This document shows positions 49,169 through 59,004 of a stretch of 64,000 nucleotides of DNA, one piece after another. The stretch's first letter is position 1, and the number at the start of each line of letters is the position of its first letter. A model generated the notes under the pieces. That model did no database searches. It worked only from the letters and a program-made list of their open reading frames with translations, and had not been told where the DNA came from. Source of the stretch: an uncultured Gemmatimonadaceae bacterium (GTDB lineage: Bacteria > Gemmatimonadota > Gemmatimonadetes > Gemmatimonadales > Gemmatimonadaceae); NCBI GenBank assembly GCA_963817955.1, contig CAWFQK010000002.1, positions 736,001-800,000 on the forward strand, given 5' to 3'. A program made the translations under genes and the position numbers.

Positions 49169-50086
49169 ATGGGCGATACCCTATATCAGATCACTGGCCG
49201 CCACCGCGCTGAACCGCTGCCGAACCGCAAGCCAGGCTGGCTGAAGGTCAAGGCACCCGGCGGCTCGCAGTACCTCCAGATCAAGCACATGATGCGCGAG
49301 CTCAAGCTCCACACCGTCTGCGAGGAGGCCCACTGCCCGAATGTCGGCGAGTGCTGGGATCACGGCACCGCCACCTTCATGATCCTTGGAGACGTCTGTA
49401 CGCGGAACTGCGCCTATTGCGCTGTGTCCCACGGGCGGCCGCCGAAGTACGATATCGAAGAGCCGAATCGCGTCGCTCACGCCATTGGCGAGATGCGCCT
49501 CAAGCACGCGGTCATCACGTCAGTGGACCGCGACGACCTTTCCGACTATGGCGCGTACATCTTCGCCGAGACGATCCGGCAGATCAAGCATCGCCTTCCC
49601 GACTGCTCGGTGGAGGTGCTCGTCCCTGACTTCCAGGGAAACGAAGACTCCATCCGGACCGTACTCGAAGCCGAGCCCGACATCTATAACCACAACACCG
49701 AGACCGTTCCGCGACTCTACAAGCGCTGTCGGCCCGGCGGTCGGTACGAGCGGGTGATGCAGATCTTCCGTACCGCCAAACGCATCGCGCCGCACATTCC
49801 GACCAAGTCGGGCATCATTCTCGGGATGGGTGAGACGCTCGAGGAGGTCGAGATCGTGATGCGCGATCTCCGCGACGTGGACGTGGACATTCTGACACTT
49901 GGCCAGTACCTCCGCCCATCGGATTCACACATTCCGATCGACCGGTACGTGACGCCAGAGGAGTTCCGCCGCATGCATGATTTCGGCATGTCGATCGGGT
50001 TCAAACACGTGGAGGCGGCACCGCTCGTGCGCTCGAGCTACCACGCCTGGGAGCAGATACAGGCGGCGCGACAGCCCACCGCGTAA
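49169..50086 (+). CDS. lipA: lipoyl synthase
   Basis: CEEAHCPNVGEC, CTRNCAYC and RSSYHA motifs. ATG at 49169 follows AGGA. Confidence 0.96.
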   Translation: MGDTLYQITGRHRAEPLPNRKPGWLKVKAPGGSQYLQIKHMMRELKLHTVCEEAHCPNVGECWDHGTATFMILGDVCTRNCAYCAVSHGRPPKYDIEEPNRVAHAIGEMRLKHAVITSVDRDDLSDYGAYIFAETIRQIKHRLPDCSVEVLVPDFQGNEDSIRTVLEAEPDIYNHNTETVPRLYKRCRPGGRYERVMQIFRTAKRIAPHIPTKSGIILGMGETLEEVEIVMRDLRDVDVDILTLGQYLRPSDSHIPIDRYVTPEEFRRMHDFGMSIGFKHVEAAPLVRSSYHAWEQIQAARQPTA

Positions 50087-51099
50087 TGGCAAAGAAGAAA
50101 CCGAATTCCGGCGGGGCACCCGACACGAAATCGAACGCGGAGCTCGACCGCGAGCTGCTGCATTCCATGCTCCTGCAGCGCCGCTTCGAAGAGCGCACGG
50201 CAGAAGCGTACGCGCTCGGCAAGATCGGCGGCTTCTGTCATCTGTACATTGGCCAGGAAGCGGTGAGCACCGGCGCACTATCGGTGCTGCGCCCGGACGA
50301 CTACGTCATTACCACCTATCGCGACCACGGGCAGGCGTTGGCGCGAGGCATGAAGCCGCGCACGGTGATGTCCGAGCTATTCGGCCGCATCGACGGGTGT
50401 GCGCATGGCAAGGGCGGCTCCATGCACATGTTCGACAAGAGCATCAACTTCCTCGGCGGACATGGCATCGTCGGCGCAAACGTGCCGCTCGCAACGGGCG
50501 TGGGCTTCGCGATCAAGTACCGCGGCGGGGATCAAGTCATTGCCTGCTTCATGGGCGAGTCGGTCGCCAACACGGGCGCGTTCCACGAGTCGCTGAACAT
50601 GGCGGGACTCTGGAAGCTCCCCGTCATCTACGTGATCGAGAATAACCGATACGGCATGGGCACGGCTCTCGAGCGTGCCTCCGCCATTCACGACGTGTAC
50701 CAGCGCGGGGCATCATACAACATTCCGCGGGGCCAGTGCGACGGTCAGGACGTGTTCGCCGTGCGCGCCGCGATGGCCGAAGCCGTCGACCGCGCGCGCA
50801 CGCAGTCGCTCCCCACACTCCTCGAGGTACGCACCTACCGCTTCATGGGACACTCGATGTCCGACGCGGTGAGCGGCACCTATCGCTCCAAGGCTGAGCT
50901 CGACGAATACATGAAGCGCGACCCGATCGTGCTGCTGCGGATGCACATGCACGAGCAAGGCGAGATCACCGACGAGCAGATCCAGAAACTCGATGAGGAG
51001 ATCAAGGCCACCGTGCAGGACGCCTGGGACTTCGCCGAAGCCAGTCCCGAACCGCCGCTGGAAGCGCTCTTTGAAGATGTGCTCGTCGACACCCAGTAA
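50086..51099 (+). CDS. pdhA: pyruvate dehydrogenase E1 alpha
   Basis: GFCHLYIGQEA, GKGGSMHMF and TYRFMGHSMSD motifs. Confidence 0.93.
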   Translation: MAKKKPNSGGAPDTKSNAELDRELLHSMLLQRRFEERTAEAYALGKIGGFCHLYIGQEAVSTGALSVLRPDDYVITTYRDHGQALARGMKPRTVMSELFGRIDGCAHGKGGSMHMFDKSINFLGGHGIVGANVPLATGVGFAIKYRGGDQVIACFMGESVANTGAFHESLNMAGLWKLPVIYVIENNRYGMGTALERASAIHDVYQRGASYNIPRGQCDGQDVFAVRAAMAEAVDRARTQSLPTLLEVRTYRFMGHSMSDAVSGTYRSKAELDEYMKRDPIVLLRMHMHEQGEITDEQIQKLDEEIKATVQDAWDFAEASPEPPLEALFEDVLVDTQ

Positions 51100-51116
51100 C
51101 CATTGACCAGCCGCCC

Positions 51117-52097
51117 GTGCCTGTAATCACCTACCGAGACGCCCTCAATCAGGCGCTGCGCGAAGAAATGCAGCGCGACGATCGCGTCTTCCTCATGGGC
51201 GAGGAAGTCGCGGTCTACCAGGGCGCTTACAAGGTCTCCAAAGGCCTGCTCCAGGAGTTCGGCGAGATGCGCGTGGTGGACACGCCGATCACCGAGCTCG
51301 GGTTCGCCGGCGTCGGCGTCGGGGCGGCCATGGTCGGTCTGCGCCCGATCATCGAGTTCATGACGTGGAATTTCGCGGTGCTCGCGCTCGATCAGGTCAT
51401 CAACTCCGCAGCCAAGTTGCTGTACATGTCGGGGGGGCAGTTCAACATCCCGATCGTCTTCCGCGGTCCCAATGGCGCAGCGCTGCAGCTCTCCGCGCAG
51501 CACTCACAAGCCTTCGAATCGTGGCTTGCCCACATCCCTGGCCTGAAGGTGGTCGCGCCGGGTACGCCGTACGACGCCAAGGGCCTGCTCAAGGCCGCAA
51601 TAAGGGACGACAATCCCGTCTGCTTTCTCGAGGGAGAGATGTTGTACAACACCAAGGGCGAAGTGCCCGAGGAAGAGTACGTCATCCCCCTTGGCAAGGC
51701 CGACCTCAAGCGTGAAGGCGACGCCTGCTCGATCATCACCAGCGGCAAGATGGCGCTCGTCGCCATGCAGGCTGCCGATCAGCTCGCGAAGGACGGCATC
51801 AAGGTTGACGTCGTGGATCTGCGCACGATTCGTCCCATGGATGTACAAGCAATCAAGGCATCGGTGGAGAAGACGAACCGTGCCGTGGTGCTCGAGGAAG
51901 GATGGGAGCTCTGCGGCATCGGCGCACAGGTGGTGGACTACATTCAGCGCGACTGCTTCGACAGCCTCGATGCCCCGGTCATCCGCGTGCACCAGGCCGA
52001 CGTGCCAATGCCGTATGCCAAGAACCTGGAACGGGCGGCGAAGCCCGATGCCGCAAAGACAATCGCGGCGATCCGCAAAGTCATGTACCTCGACTGA
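51117..52097 (+). CDS. pdhB: pyruvate dehydrogenase E1 beta
   Basis: GEEV, DTPITE, EFMTWNF and AQHSQ motifs. Confidence 0.93.
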   Translation: MPVITYRDALNQALREEMQRDDRVFLMGEEVAVYQGAYKVSKGLLQEFGEMRVVDTPITELGFAGVGVGAAMVGLRPIIEFMTWNFAVLALDQVINSAAKLLYMSGGQFNIPIVFRGPNGAALQLSAQHSQAFESWLAHIPGLKVVAPGTPYDAKGLLKAAIRDDNPVCFLEGEMLYNTKGEVPEEEYVIPLGKADLKREGDACSIITSGKMALVAMQAADQLAKDGIKVDVVDLRTIRPMDVQAIKASVEKTNRAVVLEEGWELCGIGAQVVDYIQRDCFDSLDAPVIRVHQADVPMPYAKNLERAAKPDAAKTIAAIRKVMYLD

Positions 52098-52098
52098 T

Positions 52099-53343
52099 AT
52101 GGCGACGAAAGTGTTCATGGAGGCGCTCTCTCCCACGATGGAAGAGGGACGTCTCGTCAAGTGGCTGAAGAACGAAGGCGACGTGGTGAAGAACGGCGAG
52201 CCACTCGCCGAAGTCGAGACCGACAAGGCGATCATGGAGCTCGTGGCGCGCGGCGACGGTGTGCTGCGCAAGCGACTCGTGCCCGAGGGTGAATCGCGTC
52301 CCGTTGGTCAGCTCGTTGGCGTGATCGCGGCAGCCGACGAGAACATCGACGCGCTCATTTCAGGTACAGCTTCGCCAGGGGCGCCGGCCCCGGCCCCAGC
52401 CGCGAAGCCCGCCGAGTCTCAGGGCGAAGCGTCCGTCCCGCCACCACCGAAAGAGCAATCTGCTGGAGACGGTGGCCACGTGCGCTCCTCGCCGCTCGCG
52501 CGCCGCATGGCGTCGGAGCGCGGAGTCGACCTGGCGCATCTCCAGGGCTCTGGCCCCGGTGGTCGCATCATCAAGCGCGACATCGAGAGCGCGGCAAGCG
52601 GTCCGGCAGCCACCGCCGTGAGTCGCCCATCGCCGATCACGCCGCGCCCAGCGGTCACTGGCGACTACCAGGACGTCGCGCTCACGCAGATCCGCAAGAC
52701 GATCGCCAAGCGTCTCTCGGAGTCCATCGGCCCCATTCCGACATTCTATCTCACCGCGGAATTCGATCTGTCGCGCGTCACCGAGATGCGCGCCGCGATG
52801 GCCGAGTTGGGTGACGAGTTCAAGGTCTCGGTCAACGACATCCTCATGAAGGCCGTGGCCACCGCGCTGGCGCAGCATCCAGAGGTCAACGCGCACTGGC
52901 TGGGCGACAAGATCCGCCATCACCATCGCGTACACCTCGGCATGGCCGTGGCCACGAATGATGGCCTCATCGTGCCGGTCATCTTCGACGCCGATCAGAA
53001 GCGGATGAGCGAGATCTCGCGGGATGCCAAGGAGCTCGCCAAGCGAGCGCGCGACCGGAAGCTCACGCCCGAGGAGTACACCGGCTCGACCTTCTCGATC
53101 TCGAACCTCGGCATGTTCGGCATCGAGCAATTCACGGCAATCATCAATCCGCCCGAGGTGGCGATCCTCGCCATCGGTACCGCCGAGGATGTCGTCGTGC
53201 CCAATGGTGATGAGCTCGCGATCCGCAAGCGCGTGCGCGTGACAATGAGCTGCGACCATCGCGCCGTGGACGGCGCCGTCGGCGCGAGATTCCTGCAGAC
53301 GCTGCGACGACTTGTTGAGAATCCACTGATGTTGGTGTTCTAG
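52099..53343 (+). CDS. pdhC: dihydrolipoamide acetyltransferase E2
   Basis: Lipoyl domain VETDKA, E3-binding SPLARRMA...GSGPGGRI, catalytic DHRAVDG. Confidence 0.93.
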   Translation: MATKVFMEALSPTMEEGRLVKWLKNEGDVVKNGEPLAEVETDKAIMELVARGDGVLRKRLVPEGESRPVGQLVGVIAAADENIDALISGTASPGAPAPAPAAKPAESQGEASVPPPPKEQSAGDGGHVRSSPLARRMASERGVDLAHLQGSGPGGRIIKRDIESAASGPAATAVSRPSPITPRPAVTGDYQDVALTQIRKTIAKRLSESIGPIPTFYLTAEFDLSRVTEMRAAMAELGDEFKVSVNDILMKAVATALAQHPEVNAHWLGDKIRHHHRVHLGMAVATNDGLIVPVIFDADQKRMSEISRDAKELAKRARDRKLTPEEYTGSTFSISNLGMFGIEQFTAIINPPEVAILAIGTAEDVVVPNGDELAIRKRVRVTMSCDHRAVDGAVGARFLQTLRRLVENPLMLVF

Positions 53344-53443
53344 ATCCCTTCAGCAATCTCGCCGCGCTTCCAAACCTCGGTATCTTTCGTGTTTGTCGCT
53401 CGGTCGAGCGTCCTTCTACTGCCTGGTACGCAATCAAGAATTT

Positions 53444-54865
53444 ATGGCTTCCTTTGACGTGATCTTCATCGGCGGCGGCCCCGCCGGATACGTCGGCGCG
53501 ATCCGCTGCGCCCAGCTCGGGCTGTCCACCGCTGTCGTCGAACGTGAAGCGCTCGGCGGTACCTGCGTCATCTGGGGCTGCATTCCGGCCAAGGCCCTGC
53601 TCGAGGCCGCATCCATTGCCAACCGCGTCAAGCACGCAGCCGACTTCGGCGTGAACGTCGGCGAGGTGAAGACCGACTATGGCGTCGCCATGAAACGGTC
53701 CCGCGCCGTCAGTAATCAGAACTCCAAAGGCGTGGAATTCCTCTTCAAGAAGAACAAGATCACCTACATCAAGGGGACGGCAAAGCTGATCCCTGCGACG
53801 CCTGGTAAGACCGCGACGAGCGTCACCGTCCGCCTGGCGGATGGCAAAGAGGAGACACATGACGCCAAGAAAGCCGTCGTGATCGCTACTGGTTCCCGGG
53901 TTCGCGGTTTGCCGCAGGTCGGACTCGAGCTGAACAAGACGACGATCATCTCCTCTGACGAAGCGCTGGTGCTCGAGAAGGCCCCGACGTCGATAGCCAT
54001 CGTCGGTGCCGGCGCCGTGGGCTGCGAGTTCGCCGACGTGTTCAACGCCTTCGGCTCGCAGGTGACGCTCATCGATGTCATGCCGAACGTGCTGCCGCTC
54101 GAGGATATCGACGCGTCCAAGGAAGTGGAGCGCGCGTTCAAAAAGCGCGGCATCACCATCGTGACCGGCGCCAAGATCTCCAACGTCAAGGCGGCCAAGG
54201 ATTCCGTCGCCATGACCATCGAGTCCGGCGGCGAGAAGAAGGACGTCAAGGTGGATGTGGTGCTCGTTGCCGCCGGCCGCGCACCCAACATCGAGGAGAT
54301 CGCGCTCAAGGAGCAGGGCGTGCAGCTCACCGATCGCGGTTTCGTGAAGATCAACGAACGTATGGAGACGACGGCAAAAGGTATCTACGCCGTCGGCGAC
54401 GTCGCCGGCCCGCCAATGCTCGCCCACAAGGCCGAGCACGAGGCCATCGTCCTGGCCGAGTTGCTCGCCGGCAAGGCTGGGCATGGGATGAACTACAACA
54501 ACATCCCGAATGCAACGTACTGCCACCCGGAGGTCGCGTCGATCGGCATGACCGAGCAGCAGTGCAAGGACAAGAAGCTCGAGTACAAGGTCGGCAAGTT
54601 CCCCTTCTCGGCCAACGGCCGTGCCCGCACTTCGGGTGAAACCGAGGGTTTCGTCAAGATCATCCGCGACGCGAAATACGGCGAGATCCTCGGTGCGCAC
54701 ATCGTAGGCGCGCACGCGACGGAACTGATCCACGAGCTCGTCGTCGCCCGCGCCAATGAATTCACGGTCGAGGAGGTGGATCTGGCGATCCACGCGCACC
54801 CCACACTCGCCGAGGCGATCGCAGAAGCGGCGCTGGATTCAATGGGGAAGATGATCCACGCGTGA
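53444..54865 (+). CDS. lpdA: dihydrolipoamide dehydrogenase E3
   Basis: GGGPAGY, GGTCVIWGCIPAK and HAHPTLAE motifs. Confidence 0.95.
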   Translation: MASFDVIFIGGGPAGYVGAIRCAQLGLSTAVVEREALGGTCVIWGCIPAKALLEAASIANRVKHAADFGVNVGEVKTDYGVAMKRSRAVSNQNSKGVEFLFKKNKITYIKGTAKLIPATPGKTATSVTVRLADGKEETHDAKKAVVIATGSRVRGLPQVGLELNKTTIISSDEALVLEKAPTSIAIVGAGAVGCEFADVFNAFGSQVTLIDVMPNVLPLEDIDASKEVERAFKKRGITIVTGAKISNVKAAKDSVAMTIESGGEKKDVKVDVVLVAAGRAPNIEEIALKEQGVQLTDRGFVKINERMETTAKGIYAVGDVAGPPMLAHKAEHEAIVLAELLAGKAGHGMNYNNIPNATYCHPEVASIGMTEQQCKDKKLEYKVGKFPFSANGRARTSGETEGFVKIIRDAKYGEILGAHIVGAHATELIHELVVARANEFTVEEVDLAIHAHPTLAEAIAEAALDSMGKMIHA

Positions 54866-54867
54866 GT

Positions 54868-54963
54868 GGGATACGGGACACGGGACACGGGACACGGGAC
54901 AACGGGACAACGGGACAACGGGACAACGGGATGCCTGTCATCCTGAGCGAAGCGAAGGATCTC
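54868..54963. repeat. half element E: tandem CGGGACA(A) array plus one REP unit
   Basis: About seven CGGGACA/CGGGACAA units followed by TGTCATCCTGAGCGAAGCGAAGGATCTC (54936-54963). Confidence 0.85.
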
Positions 54964-54964
54964 T

Positions 54965-55636
54965 GTGACCGGTGAGCTGTGGGTCAATCGCCTCGGCATC
55001 ATGCCCTACGCCCAGGCGCTGGATCTTCAGCGGGAGACAGCGCGGGCCCGAATATCGGGCGAAATACCAGAAGACGTCCTGTTGCTGGTGGAGCATCCCC
55101 CCGTGGTCACCATGGGCCGATCGGCCAAGCAGCAGCATCTGCTCGCCTCGCCGGAGTTGCTCGCGGCGCGTGGAGTAGAGTTGTTCGACGTCGAGCGCGG
55201 CGGCGACGTGACTTTCCATGGCCCGGGTCAGCTGGTCGGCTACCCGATCATCGATCTCAAGCGGCACAAGCAGGACCTGCACTGGTACCTCAGGCAGGTC
55301 GAGCAAGCCCTCATCCTTGCGCTGGGCCACGTCGGTATTCCCGCCGGTCGGAGTGCAGGCTACACGGGCGTGTGGACCCAAGACGGGGCACGCAAGATCG
55401 CCTCGATCGGCGTACACGCACGTGATTGGGTCACCTGGCACGGGTTTGCCCTCAACATCTCCACCGATCTACGCTATTTCGACCTCATCGTGCCCTGTGG
55501 CATCGACCAGGTAAGCATGACGTCAGTGGACCGTGAGCGTGGCGACAAGACCGTCACCTTAGAGCGCATGTCAGACCTCGTGGCCCAGACGTTCGGCGAG
55601 GTGTTCACGCTCTCGCCGCGCGAAACTATGAGCTAG
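54965..55636 (+). CDS. lipB: octanoyltransferase
   Basis: EHPPVVTMG, RGGDVTFHGPGQLVGYP, KIASIG and IVPCG motifs. Confidence 0.95.
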   Translation: MTGELWVNRLGIMPYAQALDLQRETARARISGEIPEDVLLLVEHPPVVTMGRSAKQQHLLASPELLAARGVELFDVERGGDVTFHGPGQLVGYPIIDLKRHKQDLHWYLRQVEQALILALGHVGIPAGRSAGYTGVWTQDGARKIASIGVHARDWVTWHGFALNISTDLRYFDLIVPCGIDQVSMTSVDRERGDKTVTLERMSDLVAQTFGEVFTLSPRETMS

Positions 55637-55721
55637 CGGGCGATCCTTTCAACATCGCGCGACCATAACGCTCCGCGGAATCCCGTATGGACCGAAGGTG
55701 CCCCGAAGCTATATTGCCCCC

Positions 55722-57827
55722 ATGCCGGATTCAGCTCCTCCGCCGTCCCCGCCCGTCATCTATCCGGCGCGCGATCGTACCGTTGCCAGCCCCCCGCGCG
55801 ACCTCGCCGCGGAGCTCAACGCCGAGCAGGGCGCCGCAGCCACGCACGGCGATGGCCCGCTGCTCATCATCGCCGGCGCCGGCACCGGCAAGACGCGGAC
55901 GCTCGTCTATCGAGTGGCCTACCTCATTGATAAAGGTGTTCCCCCAGAGCGCATCCTCCTGCTGACGTTTACTCGGCGCGCTGCCCACGAAATGCTGAGT
56001 CGCGCCGAGCGGCTGGTTGGGTCGGCCTCGACGCGCGTCCAGGGCGGCACCTTTCACGCGACGGGCCACAAACTGCTCCGACAATTCGGACCCGAAGCGG
56101 GCCTGCCACGCGATTTCTCCATCATGGATCAGGGCGACGCCGAGGACCTCATGCAGCTCGCCCGAGCCAACCTCGGCTACGGCAAGCAGGAGAAACGCTT
56201 CCCGAAAAAGGAATCGTTGCACTACGTCTATTCCAGATTTCTCAACACGGACCGGCCGGTCGAGCAGATCCTCGAGCAGGAATACCCGCAGTTCGTCCAG
56301 TTCGCCACGGAGATCACGAGGATCTTCGCCGAGTACACCAGCCGGAAGTCGGAACGCAATCTCGTCGATTACGACGACCTGCTCCTCTTCTGGGCGCTGA
56401 TGCTCGAGCAGGCGCCGTCGCTCGCCGACCGGATCACGGGGCAGTACGACCATCTGCTCGTGGACGAATACCAGGACACGAACCTGCTCCAGGCGCGCAT
56501 TCTCCGCGGCATGTGCCGGCGCCACCACAACATCAGCGTGGTCGGCGACGACGCGCAGAGCATCTACTCGTTCCGCGGCGCGAACTTCCGGAACATCCTG
56601 GATTTCCCAAAGCAGTTCGCCGACACGAAGATCGTGGCGCTCGAGCAGAACTACCGCTCCACGCAGCCGATCCTCGACGTCACCAACACGCTGATCTCCC
56701 GCGCACTCGAACGCTTCACCAAGAGCCTCTGGACCGTACGCGGTGGCTCCGAGGCGCCCTGGCTCGTGACCACACGCGACGAGCAGCAGCAGACACGCTT
56801 CGTGGTCGACCGGATTCTCGAGCTACACGAAGAGGGCACACCGCTCAAGGAGATCGCCGTGCTCGTGCGCGCCGGCTACATGTCGGCCGACCTCGAGATC
56901 GAGCTCACCAACCGCAACATCCCGTTCGAGAAGTGGGGCGGACTGAAATTCCTCGAGGCGGCGCACGTGAAAGACGTGCTGGCCTTTCTGCGTGTGCTCG
57001 AGAACCCGCGCGACGAGGTGAGCTGGTATCGCATCCTCCTGCTCATGCCGGGAATAGGCGACGTCACCGCCCGTGCGATGATGAACACCATGGCCGAACG
57101 CTCGTGGGATCCGGACGCGTTCTCGCAATTCGTGCCTCCGCCCCGCGCGCGCGACGCCCATCGCGACCTCGCCGCGCTCCTCCGACGCCTGCGCGGCGTC
57201 CGCAGCGAAGAGGCCAGCGTCGGCGAAGACATCGATGAAATTCGAGCGCTCTACGACGCCGTGCTCACCGAGCGCTACGACCGGTCCGAGCCACGCCTGG
57301 CCGACCTCGATCAGCTCCGCGTGATCGCGGCGGGCTACCCGAGCCGCTCAGCGTTTCTCGCCGCGCTCGCGCTTGAGCCACCGTCGAATACGCAGGACCT
57401 CGCCGGAGGGTCCGAGTCGGATGACGACGCGCTCGTCATCAGCACCGTTCACAGCGCCAAGGGCAAGGAATGGGACGCGGTGTTCGTGATCTGGGCGGTG
57501 GACGGCTTCTTTCCATCGTCGCGTTCCATGCAGGACGAGGATCAGCTCGAGGAGGAACGCCGCCTCATGTACGTGGCGATGACGCGGGCGCGGAATCATC
57601 TCGCGGTGACCTACCCGCTCAATGTGTACGCCACCCGCCGCGGCTCGGATTATTCCATCGATCAGCTTTCCCGGTTCATCGATCGCGGCGTCCGCGAGAA
57701 GATGCAGCGCGTGGTGCCGCAGGAAGCCGCAGCGCCGGCACCGGCCGAAGAACAGTTGCCAGAGCCGCTCGGGCCGGCAATCGATCTGCGGGCGTTGCTC
57801 AGGGGACGGTTTGGAGGTGGGGCATAG
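55722..57827 (+). CDS. UvrD/PcrA-family SF1 helicase
   Basis: AGAGTGKT, VDEYQDTN, VGDDAQSIYSFRGA, NYRS, HSAKGKEW and YVAMTRA motifs. Confidence 0.92.
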   Translation: MPDSAPPPSPPVIYPARDRTVASPPRDLAAELNAEQGAAATHGDGPLLIIAGAGTGKTRTLVYRVAYLIDKGVPPERILLLTFTRRAAHEMLSRAERLVGSASTRVQGGTFHATGHKLLRQFGPEAGLPRDFSIMDQGDAEDLMQLARANLGYGKQEKRFPKKESLHYVYSRFLNTDRPVEQILEQEYPQFVQFATEITRIFAEYTSRKSERNLVDYDDLLLFWALMLEQAPSLADRITGQYDHLLVDEYQDTNLLQARILRGMCRRHHNISVVGDDAQSIYSFRGANFRNILDFPKQFADTKIVALEQNYRSTQPILDVTNTLISRALERFTKSLWTVRGGSEAPWLVTTRDEQQQTRFVVDRILELHEEGTPLKEIAVLVRAGYMSADLEIELTNRNIPFEKWGGLKFLEAAHVKDVLAFLRVLENPRDEVSWYRILLLMPGIGDVTARAMMNTMAERSWDPDAFSQFVPPPRARDAHRDLAALLRRLRGVRSEEASVGEDIDEIRALYDAVLTERYDRSEPRLADLDQLRVIAAGYPSRSAFLAALALEPPSNTQDLAGGSESDDDALVISTVHSAKGKEWDAVFVIWAVDGFFPSSRSMQDEDQLEEERRLMYVAMTRARNHLAVTYPLNVYATRRGSDYSIDQLSRFIDRGVREKMQRVVPQEAAAPAPAEEQLPEPLGPAIDLRALLRGRFGGGA

Positions 57828-57841
57828 CGGTCGAAGTTTGG

Positions 57842-58936
57842 CTACGGCCTCGCCGCAGTCACCCAATCTTTGATTGCCCCGAACGGATCCTTCGGCCGTC
57901 CTTTCGCCAGCTCGATGATCTTCACCACGCTCGCGCGCAGGTTGCCATGCTCCTTCACCCATAGCTCATCGAATAGATCGAGGTCGGTCGCATAGATGCG
58001 ACGCGCCAGCAACGCCGCGTTGTCCAACCGCATGTGCTCGAGCGCGCGCGGACCAATGGTACGAAGCTGTGGACCGAGCACCTCCACGAGCTCCTGCCGC
58101 GCGCGGGAATAGATCGTATCGCGCGCCACGAGGCGTGCCGTGGAGTCCGACGGGTGGGCTTTGAACGCCGAGTCGACGCTGTAATACAGACGTCCCCAGA
58201 AGCGGGCCATGAGCTTGTCGTCCGACCATCGTGCGTCGGCTTCGTCGGCCGCAACTGGGGATCCGCGCGTGCGGAAGAACCAGGCCGATCCCCGCGCGCC
58301 CACAAAACTGGCGAATGACTCGTTGAATACCGCCTGCCCCGACGCGTAGAACGTGTTGTGCGTCAGCTCGTGAATCACCGTGTTCGCCAGATCGATCGAA
58401 TCGGCGGCGAGTGACGTGGAGAGCAAGGGATCGTTGAACCAGCCTAGCGTGCTGAATGCCGGCGACGGACGGAGGTAGACGTCGAACCCCGCGGCGTCCA
58501 GATCCTTAGCCGCCCGCTTCGCCAGCGCAAAATCGAAATAGCCCTTGTACGGCACCCAGCCGACGATCGGAAACCACCAGGTGTAGGGCACGAGCCTGTC
58601 CCGGTATGCGGCGGACAGCACCAGGACCAACGTGTCCCGATCGAGCTGGCTATATGTCGTAAAGCTCTTCCTCGTCTTGAGGCCCACCGAGTCCGCGGCG
58701 AATGCCCGAGCCGCGAGCACCAGCCGCAACTTGGCGGCGACACGCGGCTTCGTTGCCAAATCCCCAATCATCGCCTCGATCGGGCGGCGCTTGGCGAGAA
58801 TACGCCCCTCCGCCCAGGCCGCCCGCAGCAGGTAGCGGCCGGTGGGTGCGAGAACGAGATAGGCAATCACGATTACGGCGAGCCCACCGAGGGCTCGCCG
58901 TACCCAGCGCCATTTAATGCGTTGATACCAAAACAC
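57842..58936 (-). CDS. putative zinc aminopeptidase
   Basis: HELTH...FNESFA zincin motif, FSTLGWFNDP, N-terminal membrane anchor. Confidence 0.8.
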   Translation of the reverse strand: MFWYQRIKWRWVRRALGGLAVIVIAYLVLAPTGRYLLRAAWAEGRILAKRRPIEAMIGDLATKPRVAAKLRLVLAARAFAADSVGLKTRKSFTTYSQLDRDTLVLVLSAAYRDRLVPYTWWFPIVGWVPYKGYFDFALAKRAAKDLDAAGFDVYLRPSPAFSTLGWFNDPLLSTSLAADSIDLANTVIHELTHNTFYASGQAVFNESFASFVGARGSAWFFRTRGSPVAADEADARWSDDKLMARFWGRLYYSVDSAFKAHPSDSTARLVARDTIYSRARQELVEVLGPQLRTIGPRALEHMRLDNAALLARRIYATDLDLFDELWVKEHGNLRASVVKIIELAKGRPKDPFGAIKDWVTAARP

Positions 58937-59004
58937 TTACAGTATTCGTCCGCGTCCGGGTTTCTTTTGACACCGTTGGGGCCGGGCCACTATGTTCAAC
59001 CAAG

